Positions 10,487 to 19,547 of a DNA stretch of 64,000 nucleotides are shown piece by piece (position 1 is the first letter of the stretch; the number at the start of each line of letters is the position of its first letter). Both the position numbers and the translations under genes were made by a program. The notes under the pieces were generated by a model. It ran no database searches and was not told where the DNA came from. It saw only the letters and a program-made list of their open reading frames with translations. This DNA comes from a virus: IMG/VR virus record IMGVR_UViG_3300025598_000021. One strand, given 5' to 3'.

Positions 10487-10928
10487 GTATTTAAATCTAG
10501 CAAAACACGTAGCGACTTGGTCTAAAGATCCATCCACTAAAATCGGCGCTGTAGCTGTAGGAGAACGCGGCCAGATACTAAGTACTGGCTATAATGGTTT
10601 TCCTAGAAATATTGAAGACAGACCGGACAGGCTAAACGATAGAGAGTCAAAGTATAAGTACGTAGTTCACGGTGAGATGAACTGCATATATAATGCGACA
10701 CTCAATGGTGTGAGTTTAAATGAAGCAGACTTATACGTGTATGGATTGCCTATATGCTCTGAGTGCGCTAAGGGTGTAATACAGGTCGGCATCAAGCGCG
10801 CTTTCATGTGCTATCCTGAGAATACAAGAGACAAGTGGAAAGACTCTTATAAGATTACTTCTGAGATGTTTAATGAAGTCGGAATATATCATGAGGTCGT
10901 GTATGAGAGCGATAGTGGTAGGAATTAA
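10458..10928 (+). CDS. cd: dCMP deaminase
   Basis: WSKDPSTKIGA, GYNGFPR, HGEMN, PICSEC. Confidence 0.9.
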   Translation: MKDTSTWSSKYLNLAKHVATWSKDPSTKIGAVAVGERGQILSTGYNGFPRNIEDRPDRLNDRESKYKYVVHGEMNCIYNATLNGVSLNEADLYVYGLPICSECAKGVIQVGIKRAFMCYPENTRDKWKDSYKITSEMFNEVGIYHEVVYESDSGRN

Positions 10929-11265
10929 TCCTTCTAATCATAAGACTGTCGATAAGCACTGTATTACCATAAAGCGTCTATTCAAATGGATGGACGACTT
11001 GAATATCAAGTATTTCTCGTTCGTAAACTGTATACCAAGTCCAGGAAGATATAATAAATCTGACATCGACTACGATATGATAGACGTCTGCACGAGAGAC
11101 TATAAAGTAGTACTGGCGCTTGGTAACTTTCCATCTGAAGCTTTAAACAAAATTAACGTAAAGCACTTTAAATTGCCACATCCTTCTGGGCTAAATAGAC
11201 AATTAAATGACGTCAAATATGAATTAGACATGTTGAGACAGTGCAGGAACTATATCTATGGCTAA
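10903..11265 (+). CDS. Uracil-DNA glycosylase superfamily protein
   Basis: VVGINPS, LALG, LPHPSGLN motifs. Confidence 0.7.
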   Translation: MRAIVVGINPSNHKTVDKHCITIKRLFKWMDDLNIKYFSFVNCIPSPGRYNKSDIDYDMIDVCTRDYKVVLALGNFPSEALNKINVKHFKLPHPSGLNRQLNDVKYELDMLRQCRNYIYG

Positions 11266-12352
11266 AAAGATTTTAATAACTGGTTTTAATAAAGAGCAGT
11301 GCACACGCGACTACTTTCTTACCAAAGAACTTAGAATTTTAAACTCACACTACTCTCTAATTCGATGTCTAGAAGACATGGGATTCGAGGTAGAGCAGCG
11401 ACCTGTAGACATCGGCGAAGACCTATCCGGATACGATCGCGTAATCATATATCTACATTCTATACAGTCGTTCTGCCAATTCTTGTATGACGGTCTATAC
11501 GCTATTAAGGCTCGTCCGGACGCGATTCTAGCGTTTGATGACTGGCAGGTAGATCAGGTCATGGCGTGTTTTCCACAGTTTAAGCGTAACTTACTCGACG
11601 AAGAGAAGTATAATCCATTTAGACAATATCTACTAGATCTCTATTATGGATCTTCAGACGAAGCCACTATTCGCGCTCACAAGCAAGACTATCTAGAAAG
11701 TATAGAGCAGGTACTATCTTATCAAAACAAGTTGATGATCTGTGCCTACTCAGGCGGTGACCTAAGCAAGTTTAAACTCGGATGGTCAAGCGACAAGTTG
11801 TTCAGCTTTAATCCTAACCCCTACAATCTTAATCGTGGACCGCATAACAACTTTGGCGAAGAATCTACAGGTCTAAACGCTTTCTTTGAGGAGGACACTC
11901 CTAAAGAGAAGATCAGGGCTTGGGTGTTCTCATCGCTGAATCACAAGAAAAACGATGCAGTTGTTAAGAAGAATAATTTTACGTGGGACGTCGCCATGTA
12001 TGGTCCACGACGTGGTGAATATAAAGCGCAGCGTCTAAAAGAACCTGATATGTGCAGAGAGTATGTAAAGCACTGGGGTTGTCTATTACCAAAATACTAT
12101 CACGCCGGCTCAGGATGGTGGCGATCTAGAGTACAGCAGGTGGCAGACGCCGGCTCTATTCTACTATGTGACGACGTTGAAGGCGTAATCTATGGCGACG
12201 CGTATGTCGGTCTAAACATTGCAGATATAGAAAGCATGGACAACACGCAGCTAGAAAAGCTGGCTAAATATCAGCACGACTGTTTGTATGATAATCATCC
12301 GCTAGACAAGAAAGTGCAGCGCGATGAATTGACTAAGATCTTGGAGATTTAA
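11258..12352 (+). CDS. Putative GT-B glycosyltransferase (DNA-modifying candidate)
   Basis: Rossmann-like KILITG start; C-terminal GWWRSRVQQVADAGSILL resembles the GT-B donor-binding segment; context next to gp42. Confidence 0.5.
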   Translation: MAKKILITGFNKEQCTRDYFLTKELRILNSHYSLIRCLEDMGFEVEQRPVDIGEDLSGYDRVIIYLHSIQSFCQFLYDGLYAIKARPDAILAFDDWQVDQVMACFPQFKRNLLDEEKYNPFRQYLLDLYYGSSDEATIRAHKQDYLESIEQVLSYQNKLMICAYSGGDLSKFKLGWSSDKLFSFNPNPYNLNRGPHNNFGEESTGLNAFFEEDTPKEKIRAWVFSSLNHKKNDAVVKKNNFTWDVAMYGPRRGEYKAQRLKEPDMCREYVKHWGCLLPKYYHAGSGWWRSRVQQVADAGSILLCDDVEGVIYGDAYVGLNIADIESMDNTQLEKLAKYQHDCLYDNHPLDKKVQRDELTKILEI

Positions 12353-13552
12353 ATGAAGCACGCCGCAATCATTCCACTCATCGGTGGAGAAGCGCTAGCA
12401 TCAGCGGCCGTATTTGGTAGTAGACCAGACTATATTTTAAGTTATACGCCATTTAAAAATCACGATGCGCACCTGCTTAATTATTGGGACCACGAAGTTC
12501 CATACTATCTACTAGACGAAGGTGGAAGGCATCCTCATAAAGTAGACGTCGTGTCTAGCGTGTGTCCGTGCGCCGGCCTGTCAATGTTGTCTACCGGCTA
12601 TGGCGAACACAATCCAAATAATAAATGGATGTTAGAATCTGCAGAATACGTATTAGGTGAGATGCAGCCTAAAGTATTCTGGGGTGAGAACGCTCCTGCG
12701 CTCGCTGGAAAGATCGGAGAACCTATTAGAAACCAACTAATTGATATTGGTAATAAACACGGTTATACGATGACTCTCTATCGCACTAAGAGTCTTCTAC
12801 ACGGCGTGCCACAAGTTAGAGAGCGAACGTTCTACTTCTTCTGGAAAGGTGATAAGACACCAATTCTTAACTACTACAACGTTCCATACGATAAGATCGA
12901 AGACGTAATATTGAGAATCAAAGCTAATTCTCAGATGGAACCTATCAATAAGAATAAGCCGAGCGAAGACCCGTATTATAAGTATCTCCTAGAAGTAGTC
13001 TATGGTGGTATCACTCATCGCGAACATTTTGATAAAATCGATCCTAATAACATATCCGTGAGAAGCTATGATTCGAAAAGTCTTATCGAAACTTTTGGCC
13101 ATGATTATAGGCAAGTCGGCGCGTGGATGGAAGCAAATGGATATGAAAGAGAAGTCAGTAAGTGTGATCGTATGTTTAACAAGCTCGCATCGGGTAAAAA
13201 CATCATGCGTCGCGGTACTATCGTACCGAAAGAATACATCGGTGCTTTTGTCGGTCACTACCCTACCATGCTTACGCACCCGCACGAAGACAGATACATA
13301 ACATACAGAGAGGCGATGTCTATCATGGGTCTGCCTGAAGACTTTGAACTTCTAGACCCAAAGAAAAACTACAACCATATCTGTCAAAACGTTCCATTTC
13401 GCACTGCAGTAGACATGGCTAAAGAAGTCAAGGCAGTACTAGAAGGTGAGAGAGAATTTGTTGACAATCGCTTAGTTTATCAGTATAATAGTAATAGGAA
13501 ACACGTGTTAGCTGATAAAAGACAGAACAGTCTAGCTGAATTTTTTAATTGA
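12353..13552 (+). CDS. C5-cytosine methyltransferase homolog with atypical motif I
   Basis: Motif IV VCPCAGLS, VI GENAP, VIII GVPQVRER, IX/X REAMSIMGLPEDF..QNV; motif I reads IIPLIGG instead of FxGxGG. Confidence 0.75.
   Translation: MKHAAIIPLIGGEALASAAVFGSRPDYILSYTPFKNHDAHLLNYWDHEVPYYLLDEGGRHPHKVDVVSSVCPCAGLSMLSTGYGEHNPNNKWMLESAEYVLGEMQPKVFWGENAPALAGKIGEPIRNQLIDIGNKHGYTMTLYRTKSLLHGVPQVRERTFYFFWKGDKTPILNYYNVPYDKIEDVILRIKANSQMEPINKNKPSEDPYYKYLLEVVYGGITHREHFDKIDPNNISVRSYDSKSLIETFGHDYRQVGAWMEANGYEREVSKCDRMFNKLASGKNIMRRGTIVPKEYIGAFVGHYPTMLTHPHEDRYITYREAMSIMGLPEDFELLDPKKNYNHICQNVPFRTAVDMAKEVKAVLEGEREFVDNRLVYQYNSNRKHVLADKRQNSLAEFFN
13461..13489 (+). promoter_or_regulatory. Sigma70-type early promoter
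   Basis: TTGACA-17 nt-TATAAT. Confidence 0.7.
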
Positions 13553-13559
13553 TGGAGGA

Positions 13560-13979
13560 GTGATGAGCGTCTTTAAGAATAACCCTACTATGGTAAACGG
13601 CGGAGGAACCATGATTGGATCTATAACCGCCGATGATTTATACAAGTTCGAGAACGGCAAGACATATCATGCTAGCGTTAGTTCTTCGGCTTCAGTACCA
13701 AATATCCAGTATAAATACAACGAAGGTCGTATCATTGACGACTTTCGCGCCTATATCGATAAGACATATGGGCAGCACTATATGACCGAAGACCAAAATA
13801 TAGAATGTTTTGACGTGTGGCTAGCTCTCGGCGATTCAATGCCTACCTTCAGAAACACAGCTATTAAGTATCTCTGGCGCTATGGAAAGAAAAATGGCAC
13901 CAATAGAGACGACTTGATGAAAGTATTGCATTATACTCTAATGATGTTGTATGTAGACCATTACAAGAAAGGTGAATAA
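13560..13979 (+). CDS. DUF3310/SaV-like protein
   Basis: TYGQHY..IECFD..AIKYLWRYGKKNG..DLMKVLHY. Confidence 0.65.
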   Translation: MMSVFKNNPTMVNGGGTMIGSITADDLYKFENGKTYHASVSSSASVPNIQYKYNEGRIIDDFRAYIDKTYGQHYMTEDQNIECFDVWLALGDSMPTFRNTAIKYLWRYGKKNGTNRDDLMKVLHYTLMMLYVDHYKKGE

Positions 13980-13982
13980 AAT

Positions 13983-14840
13983 ATGGAAATTCAGATCCCA
14001 GTTGAAAAGTTGCGCGAACGAGGTCTCTTTGTAGCAACTCCAATGTATGGCGGACAGTGCGCCGGTATGTTTGCACGATCCGTTGCAGATCTATCTGCTC
14101 TATGTACAAAGTATGGTATTCCTCTACAGTTCTACTTCCTGTTTAATGAGTCATTGATCACGCGCGCTAGAAACTATTGCTGCGATGAATTCATGCGCTC
14201 ACAGACGCAGCACATGATGTTTATTGACTCCGACATCGGCTTTAATCCACAAGACGTTATCGCTCTTATGGCGCTGCAGGCCAATGATGAAGATAAGTAT
14301 GATATCATCGGCGGTCCATATCCTAAGAAGTGTATCTCTTGGGAAAAGATCAAGCACGCTGTCGATAAGGGTGTCGCTGACGAAGATCCTAACGTACTTG
14401 AGAAGTTCGTTGGTGACTACGTCTTTAATCCTAAGGGCGATCAGCAGAGTATCCCACTCAGCGAGCCAGTCGAGGTTCTCGAGATCGGAACGGGCTTCAT
14501 GATGGTCACTAAGAAAGCCATGCAGAAGTTCTACGACAGCTACAAGGACCAGTACTCATACAAGCCAGATCACGTTCGCACAGAGCACTTCGACGGCTCA
14601 CGTGAGATTCTAATGTTCTTCCAGGCTGAAGTAGATCCAGCGTCTAAGCGCTATCTCTCAGAAGACTATTGGTTCTGTCAGAAAGCTCAGCAGATCGGTC
14701 TTAAGACTTGGTTCTGTCCGTGGATGGTTCTACAACACGTTGGTACGTATATCTTCGGCGGTTCACTTGCTGATATTGCTTCTGTCGGTGCAGCTGCAAC
14801 CGCTGATCCATCAAAAATTGGTGGTAAAAAGAAGAAGTAA
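13983..14840 (+). CDS. GT-A (GT2-like) glycosyltransferase
   Basis: ATPMYGG, NESLITRARN, FIDSDIGF (DxD), GTGFMM, LSEDYWFC. Confidence 0.8.
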   Translation: MEIQIPVEKLRERGLFVATPMYGGQCAGMFARSVADLSALCTKYGIPLQFYFLFNESLITRARNYCCDEFMRSQTQHMMFIDSDIGFNPQDVIALMALQANDEDKYDIIGGPYPKKCISWEKIKHAVDKGVADEDPNVLEKFVGDYVFNPKGDQQSIPLSEPVEVLEIGTGFMMVTKKAMQKFYDSYKDQYSYKPDHVRTEHFDGSREILMFFQAEVDPASKRYLSEDYWFCQKAQQIGLKTWFCPWMVLQHVGTYIFGGSLADIASVGAAATADPSKIGGKKKK

Positions 14841-14857
14841 GTGAAAGGAACTATATA

Positions 14858-15514
14858 ATGCAGATAAGTGTTAATACAATAAACGTATTAAAGAATTTCT
14901 CATCTATCAATCCTTCAATTATCATCAACGAAGGTAACGTTATTGAGACTATCTCTAATATGAAGACAGTCAAGGCAAAGGCGAAGGTCGATACGACCTT
15001 CCCACGCCGCTTTGCGATGTATAACCTCAATAAGCTGATCTCTATTCTCAGCCTATATGACAACGCAGACGTGCGATTTGAAGATAACAATCTAGTTATC
15101 TCAGACGGTGATAATAAGATCACCAACTTGACATACTCTGACGAGTCTACTATCATCAAACCACCAAAGACGATCAATCTACCAAGCGTAGATGTTTCAG
15201 TGTCTGTGACCAATGAAAATATCAAGGACGTCGAGAAGGCTCTTGGAGTCCTATCAGTTCGTAATATTATAATCTCAGGTGATGGTGAGTTCGTATATCT
15301 CCAGGCCGCTGACGGTGGTAACCCATCTGGCGATGTTTATTCCATCAAGCTTGGTATGTCAGAAAAGAAGTTCAAGGCCGTGTTTAAGGCTGAGAACATT
15401 AAAGTACTTCCTGGTAACTACACGATTGAAATTAGTTCTAAAGGAATTTCAAGGTTCTACAACGACGACGTCGAATACTTCATCGCCGTTGAGTCTGAGC
15501 TTTCGAAATTCTAA
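14858..15514 (+). CDS. gp45: Sliding clamp gp45
   Basis: TINVLKNFSSINPSI start, YFIAVE end; upstream of gp44. Confidence 0.9.
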   Translation: MQISVNTINVLKNFSSINPSIIINEGNVIETISNMKTVKAKAKVDTTFPRRFAMYNLNKLISILSLYDNADVRFEDNNLVISDGDNKITNLTYSDESTIIKPPKTINLPSVDVSVSVTNENIKDVEKALGVLSVRNIIISGDGEFVYLQAADGGNPSGDVYSIKLGMSEKKFKAVFKAENIKVLPGNYTIEISSKGISRFYNDDVEYFIAVESELSKF

Positions 15515-15520
15515 CTTGAA

Positions 15521-15548
15521 GGGGGACCCAGTGTCCCCCACTTTTTTT
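15521..15548 (+). terminator. Rho-independent terminator
   Basis: GGGGGAC-CCAGT-GTCCCCC stem followed by a T7 tract. Confidence 0.8.
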
Positions 15549-15564
15549 ATTATGATGAGGTGTT

Positions 15565-16506
15565 ATGATGAATGAACAGTTCTTGTGGGTCGAGAAGTAT
15601 CGTCCAAAGACTATTGAAGAGACAGTTCTACCGTGTGACTTAAAATCAGTATTTCAACAGTTCGTCGATCAAAAGAGTATTCCGAATTTGATATTGACCG
15701 GCAGCGCCGGTGTCGGAAAGACGACCGTAGCTAAAGCAATGCTCGAAGAGCTGGAATGTGACTATATCGTAATCAATGGATCTATGAATGGCAATATCGA
15801 TACCCTACGAAACGAAATCCACAATTTTGCATCAGCCGTCTCATTATCGGGTGGACGCAAATACGTTATCCTTGATGAGGCAGACTACCTTAATGCCAAC
15901 AGCACTCAACCTGCACTTCGCAACTTCATGGAAGAATTTTCCAGAAACTGTGGATTTATTCTCACATGTAACTTCAAAAATAGAATTATCGAACCGTTAC
16001 ATTCTCGGTGCTCTGTCATAGATTTTAAGATCAACAAGAAAGCGACAGCGAAGCTAGCAGCTCAGTTCTTTAAGCGCTGCTGCACAATACTCGAACAGGA
16101 AGGAATAACATATGACAAAGCGGTCGTTGCAGAAGTTATCAACAAACATTTTCCAGACTGGCGCCGGGTACTTAACGAGCTGCAAAGATATTCTGCTACT
16201 GGCAGCATTGATTCTGGTATTCTTGCCAATCTTAAAGAGACTTCCATCAAGCAGCTCATTGAGCTTCTAAAGGATAAAAACTTCACAGAGGTTCGTAAGT
16301 GGGTCGTAGAGAATCTAGACTACAACGTCAATGAGCTTTTTCGTAAGTTGTATGACACGTCTTCAGAATATCTAAAGCCAAACGAGGTTCCTGCATTTAT
16401 CCTTCTTATCAGCCGGTATCAGTATCAGGCCGCGTTTGTCGCAGATCAAGAGATCAACCTGATGGCGTTCTTCGCTCAGGTGATGCTTGAAGGATTCTAC
16501 GCATGA
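15565..16506 (+). CDS. gp44: Clamp loader large subunit gp44
   Basis: LWVEKYRP, GSAGVGKTT, LDEAD, SRC motifs. Confidence 0.95.
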   Translation: MMNEQFLWVEKYRPKTIEETVLPCDLKSVFQQFVDQKSIPNLILTGSAGVGKTTVAKAMLEELECDYIVINGSMNGNIDTLRNEIHNFASAVSLSGGRKYVILDEADYLNANSTQPALRNFMEEFSRNCGFILTCNFKNRIIEPLHSRCSVIDFKINKKATAKLAAQFFKRCCTILEQEGITYDKAVVAEVINKHFPDWRRVLNELQRYSATGSIDSGILANLKETSIKQLIELLKDKNFTEVRKWVVENLDYNVNELFRKLYDTSSEYLKPNEVPAFILLISRYQYQAAFVADQEINLMAFFAQVMLEGFYA

Positions 16507-16865
16507 ACCCGTTCGACATAATTAACGATATATCATACGCTAAGAGATACATACTAGAAGATGATAAAGATTATATACCATATATAGTCAATAACCACTT
16601 CTCATACTTTGGTGATTCCATATTCTTTGCAAACCAGATGAATATGAAATCAAATCTTGATAAGAGGCTGCAGCACGATTACTACTTTCACTCGCTCCGT
16701 AAGAGTAAGAGAAAGACAAAGTGGGCAAAGAAAGAAAAGTCTGATATCTTAGAGTGTGTGCAGAAATACTATAACTATGGACCTGATCAGGCCAAAGAGG
16801 CAATTAGGCTGTTAACTAAGAAACAGATAGACTATATTGTAGACAAAGTAACTCCAAAGGATTAA
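16503..16865 (+). CDS. gp62: Clamp loader small subunit gp62
   Basis: YIPYIVN..FANQMN..SLRKSKR..WAK; synteny gp44-gp62-regA. Confidence 0.85.
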   Translation: MNPFDIINDISYAKRYILEDDKDYIPYIVNNHFSYFGDSIFFANQMNMKSNLDKRLQHDYYFHSLRKSKRKTKWAKKEKSDILECVQKYYNYGPDQAKEAIRLLTKKQIDYIVDKVTPKD

Positions 16866-16876
16866 TTCTTATGAAT

Positions 16877-16884
16877 TATAAATA
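16877..16884 (+). promoter_or_regulatory. T4-type late promoter TATAAATA
   Basis: Exact consensus upstream of regA. Confidence 0.6.
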
Positions 16885-16916
16885 ATCAGTGCATAATAAT
16901 AAGAAAAGGTTTAACT

Positions 16917-17321
16917 ATGAACAATATTTTAGAATCTCTAGTAGAGGTAAAGATCGATGGAGAAGAGTCCTTCTTAAAGATCAAAGAGACCCTCACTAGA
17001 ATTGGCGTGGCTTCTCGGAAAGAGAATAAACTCTATCAATCTTGCCATATCTTCCATAAACAAGGACACTATTACATAGTACACTTTAAGGAAATGTTTA
17101 TCATCGACGGAAAGCCGTCAAACTTCTCAGAAGAAGATATGGGTCGTAGAAATAAGATCGCAGAACTACTTCAGGACTGGGGCCTATTAACGGTGCTAGA
17201 CGAAGAAAAGATCAAGTCTCCACTGGCTCCTATGAATCAGATTAAAGTATTAAACTATAAAGAAAAGAATGAATGGACTCTAGAAGCTAAGTATCAAATA
17301 GGTCGTAAACGAGTGAACTAA
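16917..17321 (+). CDS. regA: Translational repressor RegA
   Basis: FLKIKETLTRIGVASRK..LYQSCHIFHKQG.YYIVHFKE. Confidence 0.95.
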   Translation: MNNILESLVEVKIDGEESFLKIKETLTRIGVASRKENKLYQSCHIFHKQGHYYIVHFKEMFIIDGKPSNFSEEDMGRRNKIAELLQDWGLLTVLDEEKIKSPLAPMNQIKVLNYKEKNEWTLEAKYQIGRKRVN

Positions 17322-17336
17322 TGGAGAAACTATATT

Positions 17337-17699
17337 ATGTTTGGATTTACAGTGAAGAAGAAAGTAGAGACTCCTGCGGAGCAGAAGCTCGAAGAAATTA
17401 AGAATATCCTGTTTCCACCTTCTGAGACAAAAGAAGTACCAGATAAAGAATCAGGTGAGATGTTGAAGTATCAGGTGGACTACACCATCGATATGAATCT
17501 AGATTCAGCCTTGTATGATATCAGAGAGGGTTACGCAGACGCCCCGGTTCAGAATACTATCCAAGACGCGATAGACAGACTAATTAAGATTAGAAAGATT
17601 CTTGAAGCCGATATGGAGCTAGACCCAGAAGCCAACTACATCATAGTAGACAACAAGTACCAAGAACACGATATCCAAGCCTCGGAAGATAATAGTTGA
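17337..17699 (+). CDS. Hypothetical protein
   Basis: ORF with GGAG RBS. Confidence 0.6.
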   Translation: MFGFTVKKKVETPAEQKLEEIKNILFPPSETKEVPDKESGEMLKYQVDYTIDMNLDSALYDIREGYADAPVQNTIQDAIDRLIKIRKILEADMELDPEANYIIVDNKYQEHDIQASEDNS

Positions 17700-17736
17700 C
17701 AAAATCTATAGATATGGTATAATATATCTATAGATT
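17696..17736 (+). promoter_or_regulatory. Sigma70 promoter with -10 box enclosed by a 13-bp perfect inverted repeat
   Basis: TTGACA 17696, TATAAT 17718; arms AATCTATAGATAT and ATATCTATAGATT. Confidence 0.7.
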
Positions 17737-17746
17737 GGAGATCGAC

Positions 17747-18163
17747 ATGTCTATGCACCTCTTAGGTCCTTGGTATACCACCACAAATACTAAGAAACGC
17801 GGCAAGAAATCTAACACGTCTAAAGCTCTAGTATCTAAGCACGACCAGTGGCTTCTTAAGAACGGCGTGCACCCAGAGCAAATCAAATTAAAAAAATCAG
17901 TTGACAAGAACTGGAAAACAGATTATAATGAATCTATGAAGGTTGATCGTAGCGGTTATGTTTCCGCAGGTCTGTCAGGTTCTAAGTCTGCCTGCGCCAA
18001 GCGTGGCGTTATGGCCAACCTTCATAAAGAAAAGCCTGAAGTCAGAGAGGCTATATTAGAGAAAGCGTCACGCGTGATGCCGCTCTATAACAAAGGTGGT
18101 TTGCAGCTACTATCACCTTCTGACGATCTAACTAAAATTGGTACCCTATCTCGTAGGGGTTGA
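17747..18163 (+). CDS. Hypothetical basic protein
   Basis: ATG after GGAG; ends in PLYNKGGLQ, a motif seen in T4-like phage hypotheticals. Confidence 0.6.
   Translation: MSMHLLGPWYTTTNTKKRGKKSNTSKALVSKHDQWLLKNGVHPEQIKLKKSVDKNWKTDYNESMKVDRSGYVSAGLSGSKSACAKRGVMANLHKEKPEVREAILEKASRVMPLYNKGGLQLLSPSDDLTKIGTLSRRG
17901..17929 (+). promoter_or_regulatory. Sigma70-type early promoter
   Basis: TTGACA-17 nt-TATAAT. Confidence 0.6.
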
Positions 18164-18182
18164 ATATAAGATGGAGAAATGA

Positions 18183-18437
18183 ATGACGACTAAGACTAAT
18201 GCACTAGTTAATGCACTCAAGAATGGTGAAGAACTTACTTCGGCTCAGATTCGTTCGCGCTTTGGTATCGCTAACGTAACTGCGGCTATTCACTATATTC
18301 GTTCGAACCTAGGTTACGCCGTGTATCTAAACGAACGCAAGAACTCAAAGGGTGAGACGCTTACTAAGTATCGCATTGGTACGCCTTCACGCAAGGTCGT
18401 TGCGGCTGGTTATCGCGCTCTGACTGCTGGTTTCTAA
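18183..18437 (+). CDS. Small winged-HTH DNA-binding protein
   Basis: LKNGEELTSAQIRSRFGIANVTAAIHYIR..GYAVY. Confidence 0.65.
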   Translation: MTTKTNALVNALKNGEELTSAQIRSRFGIANVTAAIHYIRSNLGYAVYLNERKNSKGETLTKYRIGTPSRKVVAAGYRALTAGF

Positions 18438-18448
18438 TAATATATATA

Positions 18449-18481
18449 GTTGAGGCAGCTTCGGTTGCCTCAACATACTTT
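18449..18481 (+). terminator. Hairpin with cUUCGg tetraloop, probable terminator
   Basis: GTTGAGGCAGC-TTCG-GTTGCCTCAAC; weak T tract. Confidence 0.65.
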
Positions 18482-18503
18482 AAATATTTTTTAAGAGATT
18501 ATT

Positions 18504-18698
18504 ATGGGTTGGCCTACAAGGTATAGATGTAGAAAATGCACGAGATCTACTAGCAACTATCCAATATTTTGTGATAAAAAAGATTGCCCAGTAAAGCATG
18601 ATTGGCTGCAAGATAATGTGTTTGGTTTGGTATTGTCAATTGTTTTGATAATCGGTTGGTTTGCTTTTTGGGGCTACGCCATGTTTGGCTCTAGATAG
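18504..18698 (+). CDS. Small Cys-rich membrane protein
   Basis: CRKC..C..C N-terminus, one C-terminal hydrophobic helix. Confidence 0.5.
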   Translation: MGWPTRYRCRKCTRSTSNYPIFCDKKDCPVKHDWLQDNVFGLVLSIVLIIGWFAFWGYAMFGSR

Positions 18699-18711
18699 CA
18701 TGTTAGTTTAT

Positions 18712-18787
18712 TTCCCGATAGCTCAGTTGGTAGAGTAGGTGACTGTTAATCACTTGGTCCTTGGTTCGAGTCCAAGTCGGGGAGCCA
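18712..18787 (+). tRNA. tRNA-Asn(GTT)
   Basis: Full cloverleaf, anticodon arm GGTGA-CTGTTAA-TCACT, TTCGA loop, encoded CCA. Confidence 0.95.
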
Positions 18788-18892
18788 CTAAAAGAGTAAT
18801 TTACTTTTACTCAAGATGTTGTATAATAAGGTTAGTCGCTCAATAGACTCGCGTGAGTCCATGGTTAGCTCACAATTAACTGGAGAAAGACT

Positions 18893-19195
18893 ATGAAAAA
18901 GAAAGTTATCGCACTACTCACAGTCATTGGTATCTCAATCGCGGCGATCTCACCAGCTAGTGCTTGGTATCGCGGAGGCTGGGGTGGTGGCTACTATGGC
19001 GGATACGGCTATGGCGGTTACGGTGCCGCACTAGGTATCGGCGCTGGTGCCGCACTGCTAGGTGGTATTATCGGCGGCGCGATCGCTAACGGTGGTGGCT
19101 ACTATGGTGGTTACTATCCTTATGGCGGCAGTTACTACGGTCCTTATGGCCGTCCTATCTATGGTTATCCTTATGGTGGCTACTACGGGTGGTAA
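18893..19195 (+). CDS. Exported Gly/Tyr-rich protein with glycine zipper
   Basis: Signal peptide ending ASA; GGYYGG repeats; GAALGIGAGAALLGGIIGGAIA. Confidence 0.7.
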   Translation: MKKKVIALLTVIGISIAAISPASAWYRGGWGGGYYGGYGYGGYGAALGIGAGAALLGGIIGGAIANGGGYYGGYYPYGGSYYGPYGRPIYGYPYGGYYGW

Positions 19196-19196
19196 G

Positions 19197-19541
19197 ATGA
19201 AAAAGTTATTCTTGACTGCGTTCTCTATTCTAGCTCTGACCTCTGCGGCTAGCGCTAATGGAGATCTAATGATCGATCCAGATATTGGTCAATACAACTA
19301 CATCGACAATCGTCGAGTCGTAGAGCGTAAGACTATAGTTAAGAATAGGACAATCGTAAAACAAGTGCCGGTACCAGTTCCAGTACCACAACCTTATCCA
19401 GTTCCGGCACCAGTCGTCGCAGTACCAGCATCAGCGATGCCAGGATATATTCCACGTTGTCGCATGCAGAGGGCGCAGCCTCTAGTAGATCCTGTGTATG
19501 GTACTGTAGTAGACTATATGTATGTAAGAGTTTGTTTTTAA
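19197..19541 (+). CDS. Exported Pro/Val-rich protein
   Basis: MKKLFLTAFSILALTSAASA signal peptide; VPVPVP repeat. Confidence 0.65.
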   Translation: MKKLFLTAFSILALTSAASANGDLMIDPDIGQYNYIDNRRVVERKTIVKNRTIVKQVPVPVPVPQPYPVPAPVVAVPASAMPGYIPRCRMQRAQPLVDPVYGTVVDYMYVRVCF

Positions 19542-19547
19542 GAGTAA

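Noticed and set aside
18960-19190. GGTGGCTACTAT-like repeats as a DNA repeat array
   Set aside because: Explained by Gly/Tyr codons of the encoded protein
19062-19196. N-terminal extension of the 19062-19541 ORF
   Set aside because: It overlaps the Gly-rich gene; ATG 19197 gives a clean signal peptide
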